Positions 1 to 8,608 of a DNA stretch of 64,000 nucleotides are shown one piece after another (position 1 is the stretch's first letter; each line of letters opens with the position of its first letter). Under the pieces are notes generated by a model. That model was not told the origin of the DNA, ran no database searches, and worked only from the letters and a program-made list of their open reading frames with translations. Source of the DNA: a virus; IMG/VR virus record IMGVR_UViG_3300034980_000520, positions 8,249 through 72,248 of that record. One strand, 5' to 3'. The translations under genes were made by a program, and so were the position numbers.

Positions 1-2
1 GA

Positions 3-737
3 CGCAGCAAAGTTGTTTCTGTCATTAAAAAGCACTTTAAGCCCGGAACAATATTAAGAAAGGATCTAGAGTGCTACCAGTCCTTATATGAAAACCAAGT
101 AGAAAACAAGGATGATTGCAAGAGTATTCTTAAAGAGGCTCGCCTTCAAAAGAGCTTTTTAAATCCCGAAATATTATTCAAAGAGCAGACTTCCCTGATT
201 CATGATATAAACAAAGAGATTAAAGCTGATGTCTTTGGCAATTTTGTCCCAAACTATAAGTCGCTAGCTAATATTTATCAAATGTTTTCTTTCTCTTCGT
301 CTCCCAAAGACAAGGTTTTGTTAGAAAAACTTGTTATTGGCAACATGCTAATTGAAAAAACAGATCAAGAAGAAGTGTTGCACATAGACGACATCGTGAT
401 AGAATCTTTTGTTAAGAAATTTAATGAAAAATATGACAAGGAATTATTGCAAGAACAAAAAACTCTTTTGAATCTTTATATAAAATCATTTGTAGATAAT
501 TCCCTTGAGTTTAAAATTTACTTAAACGAGGAAATTACCCGATTAAAAGAGGGCATCGAATCAGCCAAGACGCTTGAAGAATTTGTGGCAGATCCCGACA
601 TGCTGGAAAAAACATCTCAGGTTCTGAACAAGTTAGACAGCTTTAAGGAAACAGAGATTAATGAAAATATAATTCTTTCTGTGTTAAAAATTCAATCACT
701 CCACAAGGAAACCATGGAAGATGGCAGTAGTAATTAG
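3..737 (+). CDS. Conserved hypothetical head-region phage protein, 5'-truncated
   Basis: The frame of ORF 282..737 is open back to the window start (RSKVVSVIKKHFKPG...LFKEQTSLIHDINK...FVPNYKSLANIYQMF). Helical, Glu/Lys-rich. Confidence 0.75.
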   Translation, partial: RSKVVSVIKKHFKPGTILRKDLECYQSLYENQVENKDDCKSILKEARLQKSFLNPEILFKEQTSLIHDINKEIKADVFGNFVPNYKSLANIYQMFSFSSSPKDKVLLEKLVIGNMLIEKTDQEEVLHIDDIVIESFVKKFNEKYDKELLQEQKTLLNLYIKSFVDNSLEFKIYLNEEITRLKEGIESAKTLEEFVADPDMLEKTSQVLNKLDSFKETEINENIILSVLKIQSLHKETMEDGSSN

Positions 738-1260
738 AGTTGGCGAGAAAGCCAATGAGAAAAAAGTTAGATTAGATCTGGATGCTCGCAAGAGCCTTGC
801 TGGTGATATAATGATTTTTGATCACGGTGACATTGACATTGTTCTGTCGCCCACAACAAAAAAAGTAGTGGCATTTCCCAAAGAGTCGATGTCGGATTTG
901 GTATATGGCGCTCAGAATAGACTCATGACACACTTAGTTAAAAGGGGAATTCTTACCCCAGAGTCTGTTCAAGCCGGCTCATTTTATGGAGCGCTCGAAG
1001 CAACAATTCAAGAGTCATCCACCCCAGATATCAGTGGTCCAAAGCTAGCACTTATTAATATTTCTCAATTCATAGAAGAAGAGCGTCCATATTTTGAAAA
1101 TACGGAAGCTATCATTTCTATGGAAGATGGAGAACTGGTACACCCAGATAAAACAGACTCAACAGAACTGGGTGAAGTACCGCAATCAACCGATCAGGGC
1201 TCGATCTCCAACAGATACATCAGAGATCCTTACGCTCTGGACTACATGTATACATTTTAA
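721..1260 (+). CDS. Hypothetical protein
   Basis: 179-aa ORF overlapping the previous stop, GGA(A)G upstream. Confidence 0.75.
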   Translation: MAVVIRVGEKANEKKVRLDLDARKSLAGDIMIFDHGDIDIVLSPTTKKVVAFPKESMSDLVYGAQNRLMTHLVKRGILTPESVQAGSFYGALEATIQESSTPDISGPKLALINISQFIEEERPYFENTEAIISMEDGELVHPDKTDSTELGEVPQSTDQGSISNRYIRDPYALDYMYTF

Positions 1261-1270
1261 TAGAGGAAAC

Positions 1271-1579
1271 ATGGAATTATTAACATTTATACTTGCCGCC
1301 TATGGGCTTACGCAGGTAGTGGTGTATGGGAAGATATTTAACAAAGTACGACCAACGAAAGGAAGGCTTGGAGATTTATTTAAATGTCCAATGTGCATAG
1401 GATTTCATGTAGGTTGGTTTTTAATGCTACTTTCCCCGTTTACAGAACTATTTAATTTTGACGTTTCTGTAGCCAATTTCTTTTTACTAGGTTGGTTGTC
1501 CTCGGGAACATCGTATATTTTAAACATGGTTTTTGGAGACGAAGGGATTAAATATGAACACAAATATTTGGACAAATAA
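1271..1579 (+). CDS. Small membrane protein, DUF1360-like
   Basis: SD AGAGG before ATG 1271; hydrophobic helices flanking LFKCPMCIGFHVGW (CxxC). Confidence 0.65.
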   Translation: MELLTFILAAYGLTQVVVYGKIFNKVRPTKGRLGDLFKCPMCIGFHVGWFLMLLSPFTELFNFDVSVANFFLLGWLSSGTSYILNMVFGDEGIKYEHKYLDK

Positions 1580-1622
1580 ATGGATGCTCCAGCCAGTTAG
1601 ACATTGCTGCAAAGGGAGTTAG
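1554..1622 (+). CDS. Putative 22-aa peptide MNTNIWTNKWMLQPVRHCCKGS
   Basis: Fills the gap between two genes, GAAGGGA upstream; below the ORF-track cutoff. Confidence 0.35.
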   Translation: MNTNIWTNKWMLQPVRHCCKGS

Positions 1623-1627
1623 CTAAA

Positions 1628-2044
1628 ATGAAAATAACAGAATCAGAAATTAAAAATCTTATCGACGAAGAAATTCAGGCGATGATTGACTCAGGCGATA
1701 TCGACGAGAACGTTCTCGCTCGAATGGCACGAGGCGCCGGCAGATATGCGCGCAAGGCGCAAGGCGCACTCCAGTCCAAAGTCGCTGGTGCTATCGGCGC
1801 CCAGGACATGGCGGCCGCCGGCCAAGCTAAACAGATGTACGCCGCCCTTATGGGCCCGCTGGAGACGATTCAAGCCAACGCTAAAAAGATGGGATTACTC
1901 TCAGGGGCTAGCAAGGATCAAGAGTTGTATGATACAATCAAGGCTTTAGCGGATATTGCAAAGAGATACAAATCAAGCGGCAATGTCAAAGGTTCAGTTG
2001 GCAGCATCCAGCAAGGATACCGCGAGCATCAGGAAGCAGAATAG
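1628..2044 (+). CDS. Hypothetical, probable internal head protein
   Basis: SD AGGGAG, N-terminus MKITESEIKNLIDEEI, adjacent to the prohead protease. Confidence 0.65.
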   Translation: MKITESEIKNLIDEEIQAMIDSGDIDENVLARMARGAGRYARKAQGALQSKVAGAIGAQDMAAAGQAKQMYAALMGPLETIQANAKKMGLLSGASKDQELYDTIKALADIAKRYKSSGNVKGSVGSIQQGYREHQEAE

Positions 2045-2045
2045 A

Positions 2046-2657
2046 ATGGCTAAACAGCTACTAAGAGAGTACCATGCTTTATGTGAGGGAGGAATCTGTC
2101 AAGATCTCCTCACTGAAGAAGAAAAACGTTATGTCGCTGCCGGCGGCATGATTCTGTCGGGCATCATGCAGATGACAGAGACGAAGAACGGAAACGGTAG
2201 AATGTATATGCATGAAACAATGGTACGAGAGATTAAGCTTTACCAAAAGCTCGTAAAAGAAAACCGAGCGCTGGGAGAACTTGATCATCCTGATGACTCG
2301 GTTATCAACTTAAGAAATGTTTCTCATTCGGTAACGGCGATATGGATGGAAGACAAAAATGTAATGGGCAAGATCAAAGTTTTAGACACCCCTTCCGGCA
2401 AAATTCTACAAGAATTAGTCAACGGCGGCGTGACAGTTGGCGTATCCTCTCGCGGCATGGGATCAGTGTCGGAGGCTAACGGGCAAACAATCGTAGAAGA
2501 TGATTTCCAACTGATATGTTTCGATATGGTATCGGAACCCTCTACTCCCGGCGCCTTCATGATGCGCGAAGCTAAAGACTTAAACAATTCGGTTGTGCAC
2601 ACGCGTGCAGATCGTCTTAACAGATTACTAAATGAGGTTTTAGATGAAGAAGGATGA
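2046..2657 (+). CDS. Prohead core protease (T4 gp21-like)
   Basis: Motifs KNGNGRMY, ALGELDHP, LDTPSGKIL, GVSSRGMGS, FDMVSEPSTPGA; likely start ATG 2046. Confidence 0.93.
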   Translation: MAKQLLREYHALCEGGICQDLLTEEEKRYVAAGGMILSGIMQMTETKNGNGRMYMHETMVREIKLYQKLVKENRALGELDHPDDSVINLRNVSHSVTAIWMEDKNVMGKIKVLDTPSGKILQELVNGGVTVGVSSRGMGSVSEANGQTIVEDDFQLICFDMVSEPSTPGAFMMREAKDLNNSVVHTRADRLNRLLNEVLDEEG

Positions 2658-3054
2658 TTTAAAAAGAATTATCAAACCCTTGGTTAAGGAATGCATTAAC
2701 GAAGTTTTGCTCGAAGAAGGCGTATTATCAAATATAGTTTCGGAAGTTGCGCGAGGAATGGCGAATACCAACATGGTGGTAGAATCGCACGCGCCCAAGC
2801 AAGAGCCTAAACGAAGCACCCCCGCACCAACGAACAATGCGGCGGCACTTGAAAAAAGGAAGAGATTAATGGATGCAATCGGTAACGACTCATATAACGG
2901 CGTTAATTTATTTGAAAATACACAGCCCATGAGTGGTTATGAGGCAGCAGAAGCAAAACCCGGCTCAGTTGATTTAGGTGATCCTAGGGACGCCGGAGTC
3001 GATATTAGTTCCATTGTGGGCAATGCCGGACGCTTGTGGGAGGCATTGAAATAA
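2644..3054 (+). CDS. Hypothetical protein, possible head core protein
   Basis: SD GAGG; N-terminus MKKDDLKRIIKPLVKECINEVLLEEG. Confidence 0.7.
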   Translation: MKKDDLKRIIKPLVKECINEVLLEEGVLSNIVSEVARGMANTNMVVESHAPKQEPKRSTPAPTNNAAALEKRKRLMDAIGNDSYNGVNLFENTQPMSGYEAAEAKPGSVDLGDPRDAGVDISSIVGNAGRLWEALK

Positions 3055-3056
3055 AG

Positions 3057-3305
3057 ATGCCCCGAACGAAAGCAAACGTTTTAGTAACCTCAAAAGAATG
3101 CCGCGGCAACCACGAGCGCATGATTCGAAGATTTATTAAGAAGACAAAGAAAGAGAGAATAGTAGAAGAAGCTAAGGATAGAAGATACTACAAAAAGCCT
3201 TCTATTCGCAAAAGAGAAGAGCGCGCCAAAGCCGAGCGCCGTCGCAAAAGAGACGAATTAAAAAAACAAAGAGCAGAAGAAAGGCGCACTAGAAAAAATA
3301 GATGA
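3057..3305 (+). CDS. rpsU: Phage-encoded 30S ribosomal protein bS21
   Basis: ERMIRRFIKKTKKERIVEEAKDRRYYKKPSIRKRE matches the bS21 pattern (lrrFkr...R.yyeKPs.krk); very basic; SD GGAGG. Confidence 0.82.
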   Translation: MPRTKANVLVTSKECRGNHERMIRRFIKKTKKERIVEEAKDRRYYKKPSIRKREERAKAERRRKRDELKKQRAEERRTRKNR

Positions 3306-3312
3306 CTATTTA
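3306..3312 (+). promoter_or_regulatory. Putative late promoter motif CTANTTA (representative copy)
   Basis: The same heptamer recurs upstream of structural genes at 4442, 5528, 7424, 8581, 10752, 13922, 14641, 15098, 17819, 21229, 22989, 41766, 49623, 55434 and 63287. Confidence 0.7.
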
Positions 3313-3344
3313 TCTTGAACAATAAAATTTACGGAGATTTTTAA

Positions 3345-3764
3345 ATGGCAGATACAAACTTTACACCCTCATGGGCAATTCCGGTAGGGATGAACCACGT
3401 ACCCGCTTATCAAGTGAGCGGCATTCCATGGGCAACGGGCTCTATAGATGTTCAAACCGCCACTAAGATCACATTCCCCTCTGTTACCAGATGGGTGGTT
3501 ATCAACAATTGGGATCTGAATGACAATTTAAAAGTCGGATTTTCACAACGCGGAGTCACTCATAATAGTAACTATTTTGAAGTCGGCAAGCAGTTTTCCA
3601 ACGCCGGAGGCCCGGGCAGCGTACGCCTTGAGCTTAAAGTTTCTGAACTCTGGCTTTCGGGTTCAGCGAAAGTTGATGTAATTGCTGGCTTAACTTCAAT
3701 CAAGCCCGGAAAGATTGCAACATCAGACGGTCCAAGTTTCTCAGGCTCAGCCGGGGTTGGATAA
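3345..3764 (+). CDS. Hypothetical virion structural protein
   Basis: Late motif plus SD GGAG; beta-rich, Gly/Ser-rich 139 aa. Confidence 0.65.
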   Translation: MADTNFTPSWAIPVGMNHVPAYQVSGIPWATGSIDVQTATKITFPSVTRWVVINNWDLNDNLKVGFSQRGVTHNSNYFEVGKQFSNAGGPGSVRLELKVSELWLSGSAKVDVIAGLTSIKPGKIATSDGPSFSGSAGVG

Positions 3765-3767
3765 TCG

Positions 3768-4445
3768 ATGGCGAAGTTTGGCTGGGCATATGTAAGCTGC
3801 ACCGGTTCCGATGACGGTGGTGCATATGGACCGACTGGATCGGTTCAGTTTTTAACGGGTGCTGGAAATACTTCCGGCACTTTGAACTTTATGTATCATA
3901 CCGCAGCGTATGGTTCTTCGTATGCAGCCAATAGCCTTGTCTTAACTGGCACGCTGGTAGTGAGTGGGACGATCTCTGCAAGTCACTATCACATTGATAA
4001 CGTAACTGTTATCGATTCTACTGGTTCTACCTACTTTGGTAACTCCAACGACGACAGACACATCCGCACAGGCAGCTTAGAAGTTGCCAAGGTTGCGGGC
4101 AATGTAATACTGAGAGCCGATAATACAACTGAGACAGTTAGCGTGAGAGGCTTCCGCGGAATGTATACTGCTGTAGGTACCGCTAAAGCTACCGCTAGCG
4201 TCCCAAGTTATATTTTAGGAGTGAGTCTCAATAACAACGTTGAAATTAATATCCCCGCCGCATCTACATATGGATCCGGCGCCATTTTGATTATTAAGGA
4301 CGAAGTCGTTGGTCGCGGAGGAACAAATATTCGCTTGACTGCTTCGGCTGGCTACAACATCGACAACAGCAGTTTCTATATCTTAACGGGTTCAAATCCT
4401 GCAATTAGTTTGTATTCTAATGGCGCCAATTGGTTTGTCTTCTAA
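3768..4445 (+). CDS. Fibre/decoration-like virion protein (paralog 1)
   Basis: GPTGSVQF module; C-terminal IPAASTYGSGAILIIKDE...LYSNGANWF domain shared with neighbours. Confidence 0.65.
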   Translation: MAKFGWAYVSCTGSDDGGAYGPTGSVQFLTGAGNTSGTLNFMYHTAAYGSSYAANSLVLTGTLVVSGTISASHYHIDNVTVIDSTGSTYFGNSNDDRHIRTGSLEVAKVAGNVILRADNTTETVSVRGFRGMYTAVGTAKATASVPSYILGVSLNNNVEINIPAASTYGSGAILIIKDEVVGRGGTNIRLTASAGYNIDNSSFYILTGSNPAISLYSNGANWFVF

Positions 4446-4464
4446 TTAATAAAGGAGACACCCC

Positions 4465-5505
4465 ATGGCGTATAATGCTATATCTGGCACCATCATTGCA
4501 GCGCAAAACTATTTGCCTGCAGTTGACTCGATCGTTGCCAACATTGTTTCGGGTAACCTGAGCACTTCCGACGGCGCAAGCATAATAAACATTCCACGTG
4601 TTTCCAACGCTACCAACAACTCTATCTTAACAAATGTAGGTGGAGATGCCAACACATTAACGTGCGAGTCAAACCTGTTATTCGACGGCACCACTCTCAA
4701 TATCACAGGACACCTCACTGCCAGCATTGGAATGTCAGCTTCCTTCTTATATGGTGACGGCAGGCATCTCACCAATATAACCGCTAGCAGTGGAGGCTCT
4801 GCGGATGGACAGGGACCCAGCGGCTCCCTTCAATTCCACACGACTGGTGGCTCTATTAGCGGCTCTGCTCGCATGATGTATGTGAATGATACATTAAAGA
4901 TTACGGGAAGCATTTTCGCTAGCGGAGCCATGGAATTGGATGGGGATTTTCTTCCTGCGGTGGGGAATACTAAGAATTTGGGATCTTCTGCTAAGCCGTG
5001 GGGCGCTCTATACGTTTCGAGTAGTTCTATTTATATGGGCTCTGATAAGATTAGTGTACAAGATAACAACCTCCGCTTTGGATCCGGCAGTACCAACCGG
5101 GGATTTCAGGTAGGCTTCATGAGGTTCCGCGATAAAGGGATCGCCATGGCAAACGATTTGGTATTTCAAATAAATGCCAAGCAAATGTTGTTTGCCGGCG
5201 GCATTGCTTACAAGAGGCGCGTTGTATCGTGGGATTATACGATCACGAAAATGGATTATATTGTGTGTGTTCAAACAAACACTTTAACATCTTCGGTAAC
5301 ACTCACACTGCCCTCTGCGGATGCCTGCACAAATGGGCAAACCTTCGTAATAAAGGACGAGGGAGGAGCAGCTAATACTCACGAAATCGAAGTACAGTGT
5401 GCTGGCAGCGATGTTATTGATGGACTAAATTCGGTACTTTTGAGATCTCCTTATGCGGCAATCCAGCTTTATTGTAACGGCGCCGATAAATACTTTATTT
5501 ACTGA
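4465..5505 (+). CDS. Fibre/decoration-like virion protein (paralog 2)
   Basis: MAYN start; LLFDGTTL and GPSGSLQF modules; C-terminal LTLPSA..GQTFVIKDEGG domain. Confidence 0.65.
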   Translation: MAYNAISGTIIAAQNYLPAVDSIVANIVSGNLSTSDGASIINIPRVSNATNNSILTNVGGDANTLTCESNLLFDGTTLNITGHLTASIGMSASFLYGDGRHLTNITASSGGSADGQGPSGSLQFHTTGGSISGSARMMYVNDTLKITGSIFASGAMELDGDFLPAVGNTKNLGSSAKPWGALYVSSSSIYMGSDKISVQDNNLRFGSGSTNRGFQVGFMRFRDKGIAMANDLVFQINAKQMLFAGGIAYKRRVVSWDYTITKMDYIVCVQTNTLTSSVTLTLPSADACTNGQTFVIKDEGGAANTHEIEVQCAGSDVIDGLNSVLLRSPYAAIQLYCNGADKYFIY

Positions 5506-5535
5506 CGCTGTTCTCTGCAGTCTCACACTACTTAA

Positions 5536-5594
5536 AAGACGAGCGGAGTCTCATGACTCGGCTCAAATCTGGATAAGTACGTCTTATTCAGATT
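5536..5594 (+). promoter_or_regulatory. Structured 5' leader (two hairpins) after a late promoter motif
   Basis: GAGCGGAGTC-TCAT-GACTCGGCTC and AATCTGGATAAG-TACGT-CTTATTCAGATT inverted repeats. Confidence 0.5.
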
Positions 5595-5634
5595 ACCATA
5601 AAAAAAACTTAATTAATATGGAGGGTTTTATAAA

Positions 5635-7332
5635 ATGGCTTATAAATTTCAAGTGGGGCCCGCTAGCTTAAGCGGCTCCCTCAAACGTTCAGGTTCTATG
5701 GATATCATGAACGCATCTGGCGTGAGTTCATTCACGGTAGACTCATCAAGCGGTAATATTTCCGGCTCTGGTACTCTTATCAACGTCGGCGCCGCATCTT
5801 TCGGCTCCACTATCGCCGCCACCGGTTCTATTACCGCTGGCTCATCTTTCATCATCGGCTCTGCTGATTTGAATGAAGTAGATATGGAGAAGCTTGACGG
5901 CATTACCAACGGTACTGCTGCTGTTAACAAGGCTGTCGTTCTCGACGGTTCTAAAAACATTGCCACTCTCGGCACTGTTGGTTGTGGCGCTATCACCTCA
6001 ACCGGTGCTTCCACCATGGGTTCGCTGAACATCGGCGGAACCTTGGCATGTGACACCAGCTTCACTCTTGACGCTGTTGTAATCAACGCCACCGAGCTTG
6101 GCTTTATCGACGGTGTTACCGCTGGTACTGCTGCAGCTTCTAAGGCACTTGTCGTGAGTGCTGATAAGGATATCGGCACAATTCGTAACCTTACGATTGA
6201 CGGTACTTTCTCCGATGGTAACTACACCTTTGACACTAGCGGAAACGTTACTGGCTTAGGAACTGTTGGTTGCGGTGCTGTTACCTCGACAGGTAATGTC
6301 TCTGGTACCACGCTCACTGGTTCTACCGCTGTTCGCACCGGTGGTGCAGATGCATGGGGCTTTAGCTCCGCCGGTACTGGTAAGTTCCACTCTATGAACG
6401 TAGGAACATCCTACGGTATCAGTAACAGTGGCGCGCTGACAGCTTCCGTCGCGACTGTGTCGGGTCTGTCATCTCTTCAAGCAGTTACTGCCTCTAGCAC
6501 CCTAGGTGTTGAAGGTGCGACTAGCCTTAAGGGTACTGTTGCGCTTCCTGGTGTTGCTGTGGAGGCTATCGCTGTAGCTTCCGATTCTATGTTCTTCCTT
6601 GATGCCGATGGTCTCATGAAGAAGACGACGAACGCGCTTTATGCTGCAGCCTTAGTTGCTTCGGAGCCCGGCTTGGCATCAAGTGGTGGTAAGCTTCTCT
6701 TCGATCCAAGCAGTTGCGCTGCTGTGACTCCTGCTACTGGTGATTCATTAGTCTTCGCTGACGCTGATGATACTGACATTCCAAAGAAAGCAACTCTTGA
6801 TGCTTTTGCTGGCGTTCTCGCTGGTGGAGCTGGTATCGCTGCTTCTGGTGTTGCATTGTCTCTCGACCTTAACGGGCTAGCCGCGTACGCCAACGTCACC
6901 CCTGCCTCCGATTCATTTGCAATTCTGTCTAATGCGTCTGGTAGTGTAAAGTCAACTTTCACTGAAGTTGCTTCGCGCATGGCTGGTGCCGGTATTACCG
7001 CTACCAACGGTGTGTTCTCTGTAGATACCACCGGTGGTGACAGTATGTCTCGCGCTGCTATTGCAAACGGTGGAACTGTTGCTGTTGGTCTCAACTACTT
7101 TGCGGCTCTTGTCGCTGATGCTACGGTTACGCTTCCTGCGTCTCCGACTGCAGGTGATATTTGTGTTATCAAGGCACATACAATCGCCGCTGGTAAAGAG
7201 ATTATCATTAACCGCGGTCACAGTAGTCAAACAATTGACGGTCTCGCAACAATCTCGATGCGCTCCAACTATGGCGCAGTAACCCTTATTGCTGCTACTG
7301 CTGGCAATACTGCTGATTGGCGACTCGCTTAA
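5635..7332 (+). CDS. Fibre/decoration-like virion protein (paralog 3)
   Basis: Ala/Gly/Ser/Thr-rich, internal repeat LGTVGCGAxTSTG, C-terminal VTLPASPTAGDICVIK domain. Confidence 0.65.
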   Translation: MAYKFQVGPASLSGSLKRSGSMDIMNASGVSSFTVDSSSGNISGSGTLINVGAASFGSTIAATGSITAGSSFIIGSADLNEVDMEKLDGITNGTAAVNKAVVLDGSKNIATLGTVGCGAITSTGASTMGSLNIGGTLACDTSFTLDAVVINATELGFIDGVTAGTAAASKALVVSADKDIGTIRNLTIDGTFSDGNYTFDTSGNVTGLGTVGCGAVTSTGNVSGTTLTGSTAVRTGGADAWGFSSAGTGKFHSMNVGTSYGISNSGALTASVATVSGLSSLQAVTASSTLGVEGATSLKGTVALPGVAVEAIAVASDSMFFLDADGLMKKTTNALYAAALVASEPGLASSGGKLLFDPSSCAAVTPATGDSLVFADADDTDIPKKATLDAFAGVLAGGAGIAASGVALSLDLNGLAAYANVTPASDSFAILSNASGSVKSTFTEVASRMAGAGITATNGVFSVDTTGGDSMSRAAIANGGTVAVGLNYFAALVADATVTLPASPTAGDICVIKAHTIAAGKEIIINRGHSSQTIDGLATISMRSNYGAVTLIAATAGNTADWRLA

Positions 7333-7366
7333 TCATTCTTTCCGATATTTTATATTGGATTCTTTT

Positions 7367-7399
7367 GGATGCCCTCCCTGTGGGGGCATCCTTTTTTTT
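7367..7399 (+). terminator. Rho-independent terminator
   Basis: GGATGCCCTC-CCTGT-GGGGGCATCC followed by a T8 run. Confidence 0.85.
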
Positions 7400-7449
7400 A
7401 TGTGCTTAATAAGCAGAAATTATCTATTTATTGGTGACGAGGATAAAAA

Positions 7450-8577
7450 ATGGCATATAACGTTTTAAAAGGCAAAGTAGACGGCTCCGTCGATCAACAC
7501 GCGAATCAAGAGATCGGAGGCGTTAAAATATTTAAAAACGCAATCAGTGCTAGTGTTTTTTACGACACTGACGCACAAAGCCCCTGCGCAACGATAAAAG
7601 ACATCGCAGTCCAAAAAGTTAAAAGTCAAACCGTCGGCGGCGTAATGGTATGGGATGGCAACGGCGAAGCTGCCACAAATCGAAAATTAAGATTTAATGG
7701 AGACACATTAACAACCTATAATCTTGTCGCCAAAACTCTTAGAGGATCCGCCGCTGGGCTAACTAATATTCCGCCCGACCAGTTCGACGCTGAAATAAGT
7801 GCCAAGTATATAAATCATGGCGCAGGATTGCACAATGTCCGAGGATCCCTTCAGATAAAAGCTTCGCACGGCATTCAAGTAGAGGACGGCTCCCTATCGC
7901 TAGCTCTGCAGCCAAATAGTGGACTCGCCCTTAAGTCTAATAAGTTGCTTATAAATCCAGCACTCACCCCTCCAATCAATACAGGCGGCCAGAATTTAAG
8001 TGATCAAGATGTTTTAATGGTGGCGGACATATCGCGGAACAAGACAACCAGCACCACACTACAAAATCTATATGATAATTATATTCGCCTTAAGATGCCC
8101 CAAGCCGCCGGCGAAAAACACCAAATTCAATTTAGAGGCGCCGCAGGATTTGCTGCATCTCCTAATCTAATGTTTGATGACAAACACAATACAATGGAGA
8201 TATCTGGGAAAGTAAAGGCTCACGAAATTTCAACTGCGATCGCATTACGGTGTAATGGTGCTGTATATAAAAACATAACCAAGACGACTGACAAAAACTA
8301 TGCAGTTGATCCCGAAGACTACACGATTGTTTGCGATACATCTAAGAATTCAGTCAATATAGAGTTGCCAACGCCTTGCAATAATGAGGGAAGACTTCTT
8401 GTAGTTAAAAAAATTGACGCCAATAAGTATAAGCTAGCATCTAACACTCTTAAGATAACTTGTGAAGACGGCAGAGTAGAGATTAGCAACGAGATCACAG
8501 TTAAGATGAACTACTCAAGCCGGACTCTACAATGCGATGGTGAAAACTGGTGGATTATCGGCAGTAACGGCAGTTGA
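7450..8577 (+). CDS. Fibre/decoration-like virion protein (paralog 4)
   Basis: MAYN start; QIQFRGAAGFAASPNLMFD module; C-terminal IELPTPCNNEGRLLVVKK...CDGENWW domain. Confidence 0.65.
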   Translation: MAYNVLKGKVDGSVDQHANQEIGGVKIFKNAISASVFYDTDAQSPCATIKDIAVQKVKSQTVGGVMVWDGNGEAATNRKLRFNGDTLTTYNLVAKTLRGSAAGLTNIPPDQFDAEISAKYINHGAGLHNVRGSLQIKASHGIQVEDGSLSLALQPNSGLALKSNKLLINPALTPPINTGGQNLSDQDVLMVADISRNKTTSTTLQNLYDNYIRLKMPQAAGEKHQIQFRGAAGFAASPNLMFDDKHNTMEISGKVKAHEISTAIALRCNGAVYKNITKTTDKNYAVDPEDYTIVCDTSKNSVNIELPTPCNNEGRLLVVKKIDANKYKLASNTLKITCEDGRVEISNEITVKMNYSSRTLQCDGENWWIIGSNGS

Positions 8578-8608
8578 ATTCTACTTAATATAAACGGAGA
8601 AATAGTAA

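Noticed and set aside
1094-1270. Upstream extension of the DUF1360-like ORF, and similar extensions at 1956, 16833, 36079, 40515, 50728, 51444 and 60635
   Set aside because: These overlap upstream genes; better starts with an SD or stop-start coupling lie downstream.
5649-7230. Minus-strand ORFs within the fibre gene, and similar ones genome-wide
   Set aside because: Explained by the codon bias of + strand genes; the whole window is co-oriented on +.
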